Below are positions 26,370 through 37,012 of a stretch of 40,898 nucleotides of DNA, piece after piece (position 1 is the first letter of the stretch; the number at the start of each line of letters is the position of its first letter). Origin of the DNA: an uncultured Dehalococcoidaceae bacterium (GTDB lineage: Bacteria; Chloroflexota; Dehalococcoidia; UBA2979). Location: the NCBI GenBank assembly GCA_964606125.1, contig CAZSFJ010000003.1, positions 1 through 40,898 on the forward strand. Reading direction: 5' to 3'. Under the pieces are notes generated by a model. The model worked only from the letters and a program-made list of their open reading frames with translations. It had not been told where the DNA came from and did not search any database. The translations under genes and the position numbers were made by a program.

Positions 26370-27659
26370 ATGAAATACCATCTGCATACTCTCGGCTGTG
26401 CAAAAAATACCGTTGATTCTTGGCGTATGGAATCAGCTTTGCGATCGGCTGGGCATGCCCCGAGCGGGAACAAAGATGCTGCAGACCTTCTTCTAGTTAA
26501 TACTTGTGGATTCATCGATGAAGCGTCTGAGGAGTCGATGAATCTCATTAAGGAGTTAGATTCTGAAAGACGGAGCGATCAGAAGTTATGGGTCGCAGGA
26601 TGTCTCACGGAGATAGCGACTGAAAGGGTGCAGCGAGAAATTCCTGGAGTAGACCAGACCTTCGGTGCCCAGCAGTGGGATGAGATTGCTCTCAAGGCCG
26701 GCCCCTCGAATGAAACATACGATATTCCCATGGCAACAATGCCGGGTACGGGTGTTTATGCCTATTTGAAGATCTCAGATGGATGCGATAGACCCTGCAC
26801 ATTTTGCATTATCCCAACTATCAAGGGCGGTATGATTTCGTCTGAATATTCACAGATCGTCGCAGACGCTAAAAAACATATAGCAGCTGGTGCCAAAGAA
26901 CTCATAATTATCGGTCAGGACACGACTGCGTATGGAGAGGATTGGGGTTCGAGAGATGGGCTGGCCGATATGTTGGAGGTCCTTTCAGAATCTGTTCCGG
27001 ATGATATATGGATCAGACTTATGTATGCCTATCCTGGTCGAGTGACAAAGCGACTAGCTTCAGTCATGTCAGGCGCACCGAATATAATTCCCTATGTTGA
27101 TATGCCCCTGCAGCATGGTAGCGAAACGGTACTAAAGAGGATGAAAAGACCCTCGCTTAAAAAAGCTAACGAAAGTCTGAATATGTTGAAGGAGGCTATG
27201 CCTGATATTTCTCTACGTACCACCTTCATTGTAGGATTTCCAGGTGAGACTGAAAGGGAATTTGAAGAATTGTTGGACTTCATGGAGAAGTGGCAGTTCA
27301 ACCATGTTGGTGCCTTTAGTTACTCACCTCAGGTGGGAACTCCAGCTACATCGTTGTCCGACGCAACTGTCGAGAGTCAAGTAGCAACTGAGAGGTACGG
27401 AGAAGTTATGATCCTTGCTCAGGAGATATCTCACCGGCACACAAAAGCACTGGTTGGGAAATCGATTGATGTGCTAATAGAGAGTGAACAGCCCGGACAG
27501 AATGCCGACGGGGAATTCATATCGATCGGGCGCTCATACCGTGATGCGCCCGAAGTTGACGGAATGGTATTTGTGAAGGGTAAACATAATCAAGGCGATA
27601 GGATTTCGTTACAAGTTAGTGGAGCATTGCCGTATGACGTGTTTTGCAACCCCGCTTAA
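26370..27659 (+). CDS. rimO: Ribosomal protein S12 methylthiotransferase
   Basis: LGCAKN.VDS, NTCGFI, CDRPCTFC (radical SAM), RLMYAYP and DAPEVDG (TRAM) motifs. Confidence 0.95.
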   Translation: MKYHLHTLGCAKNTVDSWRMESALRSAGHAPSGNKDAADLLLVNTCGFIDEASEESMNLIKELDSERRSDQKLWVAGCLTEIATERVQREIPGVDQTFGAQQWDEIALKAGPSNETYDIPMATMPGTGVYAYLKISDGCDRPCTFCIIPTIKGGMISSEYSQIVADAKKHIAAGAKELIIIGQDTTAYGEDWGSRDGLADMLEVLSESVPDDIWIRLMYAYPGRVTKRLASVMSGAPNIIPYVDMPLQHGSETVLKRMKRPSLKKANESLNMLKEAMPDISLRTTFIVGFPGETEREFEELLDFMEKWQFNHVGAFSYSPQVGTPATSLSDATVESQVATERYGEVMILAQEISHRHTKALVGKSIDVLIESEQPGQNADGEFISIGRSYRDAPEVDGMVFVKGKHNQGDRISLQVSGALPYDVFCNPA

Positions 27660-27686
27660 TTATGATACTCCTGAAACGGGAAGGCC

Positions 27687-27715
27687 TTGCACAAGGCACC
27701 AGGAGATCCTATACT
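27687..27715 (+). promoter_or_regulatory. Sigma70-type promoter for rpoBC
   Basis: TTGCAC (27687-27692), 17-nt spacer, TATACT (27710-27715). Confidence 0.7.
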
Positions 27716-27954
27716 TACACGTTGAATAGCTGCGTGGGGCAAAACAACTGACGACAGGAAATCAAAACTCACAATTAATTTTCCGGCCGGGGATAAGGTC
27801 TGGGATCCGTTAATGTGCCGGCGGCACGTTTCCGATTAATTTAGGGGACGAATTGTTGGGGATTTAGGTCCGTCATGAATGCTGAATGGCTGTTGATTGC
27901 CTTTGCTGTGTTTTTTGAAAGTGCTCAGAGTGGACGGCAAAGAAAGGTACGAAT

Positions 27955-30900
27955 TTGACTTCATCTTCCCAATCACAAAACAGTCAACAAGGAGAAAGCA
28001 GCGAGGAGTCGAGTACCAGAAGAATTGTCACAACCAGGCGTGCTTTACCAAGACAGGAGAAGGTTTTTGGTTCCAAGCGGGAGCCTGAGAGCCTACCAGG
28101 TTTAATTGAAATGCCTCGCAAATCATATGCGAGATTTCTGGGAACTGACTTCACAGTACCTATTCCCACACCCGTAATTTTTGCTGCTGATGAAGTTTCC
28201 GGCCTTCAGGAACTTTTGGATGAAATGAATCCTATTCAGGACGCAGGTCAACGAGTTAAATTTTTCATAACGGAACCATTTTTCGACGAACCGGAACGAA
28301 GTGAAGAGGAGTGCAGGGCCAACGATCTAACCTATCAAAGACGTCTTGGTGCTAAGGCAGTGTTGGAATTTGCAGATGGAGGTGGGGCTGAACAGCCTGT
28401 GTGGTTGGGGTTCATCCCGATGATGACTCCACATGGCACATTTCTTATAAATGGAGCTGAAAGAGTTGTTATTTCTCAGTTAGTGCGATCTCCGGGTGTA
28501 TATTTTTCTTCAGACGATGAAACCTCCGTGGACCAGCCTCTTGCAGCTGCGAAGGTTATTCCGAACCGCGGAGCATGGCTTGAATTTGAAACGTCAGTAC
28601 GAAATGGCGTCGGTGTGAAAGTTGATCGCAAAAAGCGAGTTCCTGTAACGGTACTTTTGAGAGCGATTGATTCTGAGGAATTACTTCCCCTTTCGAGTGA
28701 AGACAAGTCACGCTTGAAAAGGTTCGAGGATAATTTTGAGAAGGCCAAGGTCCGCTTGGAAGCCGCTGAAGCCCGTAATAAGGAGCTAGACGGGATTACA
28801 GATCAGCACGACGCTAATGAGCTACGAGCGGATGCTCAGCTTGAGTTGTCAGATGCAACACATGCGTTGGAGGAAGCCGAGCAAAACTTTAACAATAGGC
28901 TGGAACTAACACTTGGCACTGATGACAGAATTCAACGATTGCTCGGTCAACTAGATTCAGGATCAGCAGTCAATTACTTGGAACTGACACTTTCAAAAGA
29001 TAGTTCAACAGACCAATATTCCGGGTTAGTGGATTTTTATAAGGTGATGCGACCGGGAGACCCTCCTACTGTGGATACCGCTAAACTTCAGATAGAAGCA
29101 ATGTTCTTTGACCGCCGTGGATATGATCTCGGTCGGGTAGGGCGTCACAAGCTAAACGAAAGACTTCAGATAGAAGAAGCGGGAACTCATAGAGAGCTAA
29201 CTCGACACGACATTCTAAAAATAATTGAACAACTGTGGGAATTGAATCACGGCCGGGGATACATTGACGATATTGATAATCTTGCGAACCGACGAGTGCG
29301 GCCAGTGGGCGAGTTGGTGGCAAATCAGTTCCGCGTAGGATTGCGCCGAATGGAAAGAGTGGTTAGAGACCGCTTAATGATTGCGGACAGCGAGAAATTG
29401 CAAGAGATGTCGCCGGTACAGTTTGTTAATAGCCGACCAGTCGAGGCAGCTATGAAAGAGTTTTTCGGTGGCGCGCAATTGTCACAGTTTATGGATCAGG
29501 TTAATCCTCTGTCAGAAATTGCTCATAAGAGAAAATTATCGGCTCTGGGGCCAGGTGGATTATCTCGGGATCGAGCGAAATTCGATGTGCGTGACGTTCA
29601 TTACAGTCACTACGGTAGAATTTGCCCGATTGAAACCCCGGAAGGGCCAAATATTGGGCTGATTGGTGCATTGGCAATGTACGGCGAAATAGATGATTTT
29701 GGTTTTATCCAGAGTCCCTATTACCGAGTTGCGCGAGAAATACCGAAATCTCAGAATCGAATGCTTACGAATAGGGTACTCCGGTCGGACGTCAAGAATG
29801 ATGCGGGCAAAGTGATTGGTAAGGCTGGAACGGTTATCGACTCTGATTTGGCCAAAATTCTCAACGAATCAGCGGAATCACGTATAGCGGTGAATCCATT
29901 TGTGACTCTTGAGCGAGAGATTTTCACCGCTGAAAAAGAGAGAGATAAGCGGATAGCTGAGGCGAGAACGAATATAGACGAGTTCGGGAACATTATTGAT
30001 GAGAGAGTTTCTGTCAGATATGGTGGCGAGCACGAAACAGTGAGTCCGAATGATGTTGATTATATTGATGTGTCCGCACAGCAAATAGTCTCAATCGCAG
30101 CTGCTATGATTCCGTTTTTGGATCACGATTTGACGCACAGAGCGCTTATGGGTGCGAACATGCAGCGTCAGGCAGTACCTCTGATTCGACCCGAGGCTCC
30201 TTTGGTCGGCACTGGGATTGAGCGTGCAGCAGCAGCAGACTCGGCGCAGGTCATAACGGCACCTGAGGCAGGGGTGGTAATTTCAGCCACTGCAGATTTC
30301 CTTGAAGTGAAATATGACTCCGGTGACAAGGAAAGATTTCCACTATTAAAGTTTGTTAGATCGAATCAGGGCACATGCATTAATCAGCGAACGAGAGTAT
30401 TGGCGGGTGATCATTTTGCCAAGGGTCAAGCATTAGTTGATTCTTCGAGTACTGATGATGGCAAACTCGCGCTGGGTCAGTCGGTTTTGGTTGCGATTAT
30501 GCCTTGGGATGGGTACAACTACGAAGATGCTGTTGTGCTTTCTGAATCAGTTGTAAGAGAAGATAAATTCACTTCCATACATATCGAGAAACATGAAGTC
30601 GAAGCGAGAGATACTAAGATCGGACCTGAAGAAATAACGGGTGACATTCCGAATGTAAGTGAGATAGCCCTTTCGCATTTGGATGAACGCGGGGTAGTGA
30701 GGGTTGGTGCGGAAGTTAGAGAAGGCGATATCCTCGTTGGGAAAATCACACCTAAGGGCGAAACCGAGTTAACCCCTGAAGAGAAACTGCTCCGAGCTAT
30801 TTTTGGTGAAAAGGCACGTGAAGTGCGTGACACGTCCCTGCGTGTGCCACACGGTGAGGCAGGGAAGGTCATCGATGTTCGTCTTGTTGAGCGACCAAAG

Positions 30901-32088
30901 GATGAATCGAAATCTTCACGGAGAGTGGCAAGGGACGAAAGTGGATTTGAACTTCCTCCCGAAGTTAATTCTTCGGTTCGAGTTTGGATAGCTCAAAAGA
31001 GGCATATCACAGCCGGGGATAAAATGGCCGGTCGTCATGGTAATAAGGGAGTGGTTTCTAAAATTGTTCCTACCGAAGATATGCCCTTCCTAAATGATGG
31101 GCGCTCAGTAGAAGTGGTCCTTAACCCTCTTGGTATGCCGTCTAGGCTTAATCTCGGTCAAGTTTTGGAGACGCATCTTGGTTGGGCTGCTTCCACGTTA
31201 GGTTTCCGGGCAATTTCGCCTGTGTTTGATGGGGCAAGTCATGAAGAAATTGAAGACATGCTGGCTCGGGCTTATTTGGCGCTAGAGGCAGGCGCAGTGG
31301 AAACTGCATCTGCAAGCCTAGGTGGTGACTCGGAAGTTGGTGAGAGAGTTGATATTGGGCGACTTGAGGCGTACATCACGGAGGCCGGATTCGATTCTGG
31401 AGAAGTCCTCCGGAGCGAAAATACTCGGGCTGCTAGCTCTGCTGCCTTAACTCTGTGGCTTGAGGCGTTTAAGAATGACTCAAGAATTACAGATATTAAT
31501 CTATCCAAAATACGGAGCATGTCGTTTGATGACCTAGAGTCATTGTCAACCGAGGTTTCTGAACGAATCAACGTTGCTTCTCCTCTTTGGGGCAAGCAGA
31601 CGCTTTTTGATGGACGGACAGGAGAGCAATTTGATTCACCGGTTACCATCGGATACATGTATATGTTGAAATTAATCCACTTGGTAGACGACAAGATCCA
31701 CGCAAGGTCGACTGGTCCCTACTCCCTTATCACGCAGCAGCCTTTGGGTGGTAAGGCTCAGTTCGGAGGGCAGAGGTTTGGAGAAATGGAGGTTTGGGCT
31801 CTCGAAGCATATGGTGCAGCACATGTTTTACAAGAAATATTAACTGTGAAGTCTGATGACACCGTGGGACGAGTCAAGACCTATGAGGCCATTGTTAAGG
31901 GGGATGATTCGGTAGAGCCAGGTGTTCCTGAGTCTTTCCGAGTACTTATGAAAGAGCTTCAAGCGTTAGGTATCCAAGTCGATATCCTTGGAGACCAGTC
32001 GTTGGAGGACATGGAACCGAATGAAGAGGCCGAAGAGGCTGTTTCTCGTTTGGGTATCAACCTTTCAAGGCGTGAGATTGGCGCCTAA
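27955..32088 (+). CDS. rpoB: DNA-directed RNA polymerase subunit beta
   Basis: ERVVISQLVRSPG, QLSQFMDQ, CPIETPEGPNIG, GDKMAGRHGNKG and GGQRFGEMEVWALEAYG motifs; TTG start after AAAGGT. Confidence 0.99.
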   Translation: MTSSSQSQNSQQGESSEESSTRRIVTTRRALPRQEKVFGSKREPESLPGLIEMPRKSYARFLGTDFTVPIPTPVIFAADEVSGLQELLDEMNPIQDAGQRVKFFITEPFFDEPERSEEECRANDLTYQRRLGAKAVLEFADGGGAEQPVWLGFIPMMTPHGTFLINGAERVVISQLVRSPGVYFSSDDETSVDQPLAAAKVIPNRGAWLEFETSVRNGVGVKVDRKKRVPVTVLLRAIDSEELLPLSSEDKSRLKRFEDNFEKAKVRLEAAEARNKELDGITDQHDANELRADAQLELSDATHALEEAEQNFNNRLELTLGTDDRIQRLLGQLDSGSAVNYLELTLSKDSSTDQYSGLVDFYKVMRPGDPPTVDTAKLQIEAMFFDRRGYDLGRVGRHKLNERLQIEEAGTHRELTRHDILKIIEQLWELNHGRGYIDDIDNLANRRVRPVGELVANQFRVGLRRMERVVRDRLMIADSEKLQEMSPVQFVNSRPVEAAMKEFFGGAQLSQFMDQVNPLSEIAHKRKLSALGPGGLSRDRAKFDVRDVHYSHYGRICPIETPEGPNIGLIGALAMYGEIDDFGFIQSPYYRVAREIPKSQNRMLTNRVLRSDVKNDAGKVIGKAGTVIDSDLAKILNESAESRIAVNPFVTLEREIFTAEKERDKRIAEARTNIDEFGNIIDERVSVRYGGEHETVSPNDVDYIDVSAQQIVSIAAAMIPFLDHDLTHRALMGANMQRQAVPLIRPEAPLVGTGIERAAAADSAQVITAPEAGVVISATADFLEVKYDSGDKERFPLLKFVRSNQGTCINQRTRVLAGDHFAKGQALVDSSSTDDGKLALGQSVLVAIMPWDGYNYEDAVVLSESVVREDKFTSIHIEKHEVEARDTKIGPEEITGDIPNVSEIALSHLDERGVVRVGAEVREGDILVGKITPKGETELTPEEKLLRAIFGEKAREVRDTSLRVPHGEAGKVIDVRLVERPKDESKSSRRVARDESGFELPPEVNSSVRVWIAQKRHITAGDKMAGRHGNKGVVSKIVPTEDMPFLNDGRSVEVVLNPLGMPSRLNLGQVLETHLGWAASTLGFRAISPVFDGASHEEIEDMLARAYLALEAGAVETASASLGGDSEVGERVDIGRLEAYITEAGFDSGEVLRSENTRAASSAALTLWLEAFKNDSRITDINLSKIRSMSFDDLESLSTEVSERINVASPLWGKQTLFDGRTGEQFDSPVTIGYMYMLKLIHLVDDKIHARSTGPYSLITQQPLGGKAQFGGQRFGEMEVWALEAYGAAHVLQEILTVKSDDTVGRVKTYEAIVKGDDSVEPGVPESFRVLMKELQALGIQVDILGDQSLEDMEPNEEAEEAVSRLGINLSRREIGA

Positions 32089-32124
32089 CCAAATCGCAAT
32101 ACAGTTAAGTTTGGAGAACAACTT

Positions 32125-35100
32125 ATGTCCGAGGTAAATGATTTTAGTTCGATTCGTTTATCGTTAGCTTCACCTACCCGAGTTAGAGACTGGTCTCATG
32201 GCGAGATCACTCGAGCGGAAACAATAAATTATCGAACTTTGAAGCCTGAACGTGATGGCTTGTTTTGTGAGCGTATCTTTGGTCCGCAGAAGGACTTTGA
32301 GTGTCCATGTGGGAAATTTAAGAGCCAGAGATATAAGGGTATTGTGTGCGACAAATGCGGCGTTGAGGTTACACGGTCCAAGGTACGTCGGGAGCGAATG
32401 GGTCATATTTCACTGGCGGCTCCTGTCACTCATATTTGGTTTACAAAAGGGATACCTTCCCGCCTAGCATTACTTCTTGATATTACTCCAAAAATTCTGG
32501 AATCAGTGGTTTATTTTGATTCATATGCAGTTATTGAGGTCGATGAAGAAACAAGACTGTTGGAGCAGGCCAGATTAGAGAAAACTATCGAATCAGAGGT
32601 TAATACTTTGTCCGGAGGGGTTGCCAACAACCTGAAAGAACTTCAAGACGAACGACAGTCAGCGATCGATGAAGTAGAGAAAGAACGAACAGCCGACTCT
32701 GAAGCGATAACTGCTGAGTACGAGGCACAAAAAAATCAAGTAAATAAGATTTCGGATGAGTATGAGAAAGAATTCCAGAGCAAAATTGCCGAAGGTGCCA
32801 AGCTTAAGCAATCTGCCAAATTCGGCAATAAGGTGTTTGCGAAGCGAGGCGTGGTAATCGATAAGAATTTGCTTGTGCTACTTAATGAAGGGCTTTCACT
32901 CGCACTGGAAAAGGAAGCAGCTAATTATCAACGTCAAGTCAAACGTCATGAAACCTCATTTTCCAAGCGACTTAGGGAGATAGAGAGAAGTTTTAGACAA
33001 CCCATAGCCGACCTTACCTCAGAGCAGGGAAAGGTGATGGAGACCGTGCGAGAGCGCTATAAGGATCAACTCGATTTCATCAATGCGGTGCGTGACCCTA
33101 TAAGTGAGGATAAGTTCCAAACGCTGAGCCCAAGTGATTACGATAGATTCTCCGTCGAATTCCCTGGTGTGTTCTCGGTAGCTATGGGTGCAGAGGCCGT
33201 GTCTGAGTTATTGCAGCGGACAAATCTTGATTCACTTTCCGAGCGTTTGAAAAACCAGATTCTTACAGATCAGAGTGATCTACGGAGAAAGCGTGCAGTG
33301 AAACGATTGCGAGTCGTGGATGCGCTGCGTAGATCAGGCAATAGGCCCGAGTGGATGATCATTGAGACGTTGCCAGTTCTTCCTCCTGACTTAAGACCAA
33401 TGGTCCAGCTAGAAGGTGGTAGATTTGCGACGAGTGATTTAAATGATCTATATCGGCGCGTCATCAATAGGAATAACCGCCTAAAGCGACTGCTAAATTT
33501 GGGGGCTCCCGAGATAATTATTCGAAATGAAAAGCGAATGCTCCAAGAGTCCGTAGATTCACTTATTGATAATGGTCGGCGAGGACGTGCTGTTTCGTCT
33601 AGCGGTAATCATAAACTAAAGTCACTTTCGGATTTATTGAAAGGTAAACAGGGTCGCTTCCGCCAAAATCTACTTGGAAAAAGGGTCGATTATTCTGGTC
33701 GCTCGGTGATTATTGTGGGACCTAAACTTAAGTTGCATCAGTGCGGCCTACCCAAGAAGATGGCTCATGAACTGTTTAAGCCCTTTGATATGTTTGAACT
33801 TGGCAAACATGGACAAGCCCACAACATCAAGAGTGCAAAAAGGGCGGTTGAGCAGGCAGATGGGCCAGTTTGGGACGCTTTGGCTTCCGTGGTGAAGGAA
33901 AGGCCAGTTCTTTTGAATCGTGCGCCTACTTTGCATAGGCTGGGAATTCAGGCATTCGAACCTGTTCTCGTTGATGGAGCAGCGATTCAGTTACATCCAT
34001 CGGTATGTGGTGCTTTTAACGCTGACTTCGACGGTGATCAAATGGCTGTGCATGTTCCTCTATCCTACGAGTCAGTCGCGGAAGCGCGCCAACTGATGTT
34101 GTCGACCAAGAATATTCTTAAACCATCAGACGGGTCACCTGTTGTCAGCCCAACTTTGGATATAGTTGTTGGGTGCTATTACTTAACCCACCATCAGAGA
34201 CTTAATCCACCAAATTCAAGACCACCACTGATGACGGATAGTGAGATTGATAGATTGTTTTCTGGAGATATTTCTCAGATAGACAGCAAACCTGATTCGT
34301 CAGATGCAGCAGATGAGGCAACGGAGAATAGAATTGCTGATCCTAAAATATTCAGTTCACTAAATGATGTTCATCTTTGGTTCCAGAGCACTGGAGCACA
34401 TGTACATACCCCAATCGAACTTAGATCGATTAACGGTCTTGTAAGTGGAAAAGTTATGGATCAGGAAAAAACTCTTACAACTATTGGTAGAGTTATTTTC
34501 AACATGAATATCCCGGATGAGATTGGCTTCGTTAACGCAACGATGGATAAAGGGGCGTTAAACGACCTGGTTTCTTCGGCTTATCAAGAATTTGGCGAAG
34601 AGGTGGCTGTAAAACTTGTCGATGATTTGAAATCAACAGGATTTGAATTTGCCACTAAATCTGGGCTCACTCTGGCCACTAGTGATATTTTGCCACCAGA
34701 GGATCGGACGAAGATTATTGCGGGAGCTGAGAAGAAAATCGCTGAGCTTGAAGATCAGTGGGGAATGGGTGAGGTCGGAGACGCTGATCTCTATAGAGGT
34801 ACGATTGATACTTGGGAGATTGTAGAGAGAGAAGTACAACAGTCCTTAGCGAAGCATCTCACTCCTTCGGGGCCCCTTGCAGTAATGATGAATTCTGGAG
34901 CAAAAGGTAGCCCTGCGAACTTGAGGCAGATGGCTGGGTTTATGGGGAGAGTTACTGATCCAAAAGGTCAGGTGATCAGGACTCCGGTCTATTCCTCACT
35001 TAGAGATGGTCTGTCAGCCCGAGAGTACTTCATTTCAACCCACGGTGCCCGTAAAGGACTGACCGATACGGCCCTGAGGACTGCTGATGCCGGATACCTT

Positions 35101-36936
35101 ACCAGACGTATGATTGACGTGGCTCAAGATGTGGTGGTCTATGAGGGCTGGTGTATTGACGCTGGGGAAGAAATGACAGGACTTGATATCAAAAGATACG
35201 AATCTGATGATGATCAAATTTTGGGAAGCCTCTCAGAGAGAATAACGGGAAGGTGGACCGCAAAACCTGTGATAGATCCAGACACGGGTGAGGTGATTCT
35301 GGATGCCCGTGCGGAGATCACTTCTGATATAGCCGAAGAATTGGAGAGAAGTGCTGTCGAGGTGGTAAATGTTTGTTCCCCGGCAACCTGTCGCCTGCCA
35401 CGAGGGATTTGTCAGTATTGCTATGGCCAGTCAATGACTACTAAGAAATTAGTTGACCCGGGCACTGCCGTAGGTATTATTGCAGCGCAGTCAATTGGTG
35501 AGCCTGGCACACAGCTCACATTGAGGACATTCCATGGTGGTGGTGCTGTCGGACTTGATATCACTTTGGGTTTGCCTAGAGTTGAAGAACTAGTTGAGGC
35601 ACGGGCACCTAAAGGTGAAGCGCCGATGGCTGAGTACGATGGTTGGGTTTACATGACAGGACAGGAGCGCTCGGTTAGCCTGTTGCATTCTATTGAGTCC
35701 GAAGAGGTCTGGGAGCAACCTTTGCCTCCAGGTTATAACTGGATTAAGAAGGCTAGAGGGGCCTTCGCACTAAAGAAGCATGAACTCTTAGCCCAGAAGT
35801 TGGAAGACCCAAAGAATGAGGGTCATAATGCGCTAACTTCAACTCCGGTGTTAATGCCCTTCGACGGTGATGTCAAAGTTGATGGTGATGTCGCTCGTAT
35901 TACAAAATCCCGGATTACGAAGCTTCCTGCGGAGATAATAGATCACTTTACTCCTCAAAGAGGACAGGGATCGACTCAGCCGAAAACTATAGGTGACATT
36001 AATCCTGCAGATTTAGCATTTATTGAGGTGCCGAAAGGTTGGGAAGTAGTAGTCGGAGATGGCGACGAAGTGGCGAAGGGCGATACCTTAGCAGTGCCAC
36101 CCGGAACAACTGTGCCAACGACTGCTAGGGCGAGGCAGGCACTTTCAGGCTTTTCCTCGCCTTTCGCCGGTAACGTGTCCAAGATTGTAGGAGCAAAAGC
36201 GACCTACCTTGTTTTTGGATCGACGTATCAAGGAGCTGCGAGAGCCGGACTTTACCGAGGTCTATCTCAATTTGCTCCGGTTAAGTACGGAGACCAACTT
36301 ATGGAAGGATCCTTGAATCTGCACCAAATTCTTCGTATGCGCGGTGAGGCTGAATGTCAAAGTTACATCACGAAGGAAATTCAGCGGGTCTATAGGACTC
36401 AAGGAGTGTTTATTAACGATCGCCATATCGAAATTATTGTCAGACAAATGCTTCGTCGAGTGGAGGTGCTGGACGCTGGTGACTCTGAATATTTAGATGA
36501 AGATAGAGTGGATAGGATCGAGTTTGAAAAAACCTCCGCAGATCTGGCTTCACAAGGGAGTAAGCCACCACAAGGAAATGTAATTCTTCTTGGCGTGACG
36601 CGTGCTTCGCTGGCAACTGAATCATTCTTGGCTGCCGCATCTTTTCAGGAGACTACCAAAGTGCTGACTGAGGCCGCGGTGGCTGGCAAAGTCGACCATC
36701 TGTGGGGACTTAAAGAGAACGTGATTATTGGTAAGTTAATCCCTGCTCAGGCCGAGGTTGAGGTTGTGAGACCTGAGAAGATTCCTGAGATGGCGCTTCC
36801 AGAATCTCTCATGCTGCCTTTCTTATTTGAATTCGAACAGGCGGAAGCGTTTGATGAGGAATCAGCCGAACAGCCGAGTGAAGCCGAATTGGCTGCTGCG
36901 GGGATGACTACACAATATGTCGCTGAGCCTGACTAG
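32125..36936 (+). CDS. rpoC: DNA-directed RNA polymerase subunit beta'
   Basis: Zn finger CPC...[35 protein letters not shown] and GLKENVIIG motifs. Confidence 0.99.
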   Translation: MSEVNDFSSIRLSLASPTRVRDWSHGEITRAETINYRTLKPERDGLFCERIFGPQKDFECPCGKFKSQRYKGIVCDKCGVEVTRSKVRRERMGHISLAAPVTHIWFTKGIPSRLALLLDITPKILESVVYFDSYAVIEVDEETRLLEQARLEKTIESEVNTLSGGVANNLKELQDERQSAIDEVEKERTADSEAITAEYEAQKNQVNKISDEYEKEFQSKIAEGAKLKQSAKFGNKVFAKRGVVIDKNLLVLLNEGLSLALEKEAANYQRQVKRHETSFSKRLREIERSFRQPIADLTSEQGKVMETVRERYKDQLDFINAVRDPISEDKFQTLSPSDYDRFSVEFPGVFSVAMGAEAVSELLQRTNLDSLSERLKNQILTDQSDLRRKRAVKRLRVVDALRRSGNRPEWMIIETLPVLPPDLRPMVQLEGGRFATSDLNDLYRRVINRNNRLKRLLNLGAPEIIIRNEKRMLQESVDSLIDNGRRGRAVSSSGNHKLKSLSDLLKGKQGRFRQNLLGKRVDYSGRSVIIVGPKLKLHQCGLPKKMAHELFKPFDMFELGKHGQAHNIKSAKRAVEQADGPVWDALASVVKERPVLLNRAPTLHRLGIQAFEPVLVDGAAIQLHPSVCGAFNADFDGDQMAVHVPLSYESVAEARQLMLSTKNILKPSDGSPVVSPTLDIVVGCYYLTHHQRLNPPNSRPPLMTDSEIDRLFSGDISQIDSKPDSSDAADEATENRIADPKIFSSLNDVHLWFQSTGAHVHTPIELRSINGLVSGKVMDQEKTLTTIGRVIFNMNIPDEIGFVNATMDKGALNDLVSSAYQEFGEEVAVKLVDDLKSTGFEFATKSGLTLATSDILPPEDRTKIIAGAEKKIAELEDQWGMGEVGDADLYRGTIDTWEIVEREVQQSLAKHLTPSGPLAVMMNSGAKGSPANLRQMAGFMGRVTDPKGQVIRTPVYSSLRDGLSAREYFISTHGARKGLTDTALRTADAGYLTRRMIDVAQDVVVYEGWCIDAGEEMTGLDIKRYESDDDQILGSLSERITGRWTAKPVIDPDTGEVILDARAEITSDIAEELERSAVEVVNVCSPATCRLPRGICQYCYGQSMTTKKLVDPGTAVGIIAAQSIGEPGTQLTLRTFHGGGAVGLDITLGLPRVEELVEARAPKGEAPMAEYDGWVYMTGQERSVSLLHSIESEEVWEQPLPPGYNWIKKARGAFALKKHELLAQKLEDPKNEGHNALTSTPVLMPFDGDVKVDGDVARITKSRITKLPAEIIDHFTPQRGQGSTQPKTIGDINPADLAFIEVPKGWEVVVGDGDEVAKGDTLAVPPGTTVPTTARARQALSGFSSPFAGNVSKIVGAKATYLVFGSTYQGAARAGLYRGLSQFAPVKYGDQLMEGSLNLHQILRMRGEAECQSYITKEIQRVYRTQGVFINDRHIEIIVRQMLRRVEVLDAGDSEYLDEDRVDRIEFEKTSADLASQGSKPPQGNVILLGVTRASLATESFLAAASFQETTKVLTEAAVAGKVDHLWGLKENVIIGKLIPAQAEVEVVRPEKIPEMALPESLMLPFLFEFEQAEAFDEESAEQPSEAELAAAGMTTQYVAEPD

Positions 36937-37012
36937 TCAGGTAAGTGGCTATTTTAGTTAGACGGTGCCACCGCGAGATAGGATTCGCTCGACCTAGGAT
37001 ATTATGTAGTCG

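Noticed and set aside
27897-28088. 63-aa ORF overlapping the rpoB start as a leader peptide
   Set aside because: It has a TTG start without a clear RBS, overlaps rpoB out of frame and has no notable composition.
35500-35545. Trigger-loop M932L (QLTLRTFH) in RpoC
   Set aside because: This variant occurs in several bacterial phyla, so it is not unusual on its own.
27955-36936. Inteins as the explanation for the RpoB/RpoC insertions
   Set aside because: No C/S...HN-C/S/T splice junctions or LAGLIDADG motifs were seen; the inserts look like coiled-coil or hybrid-motif domains.
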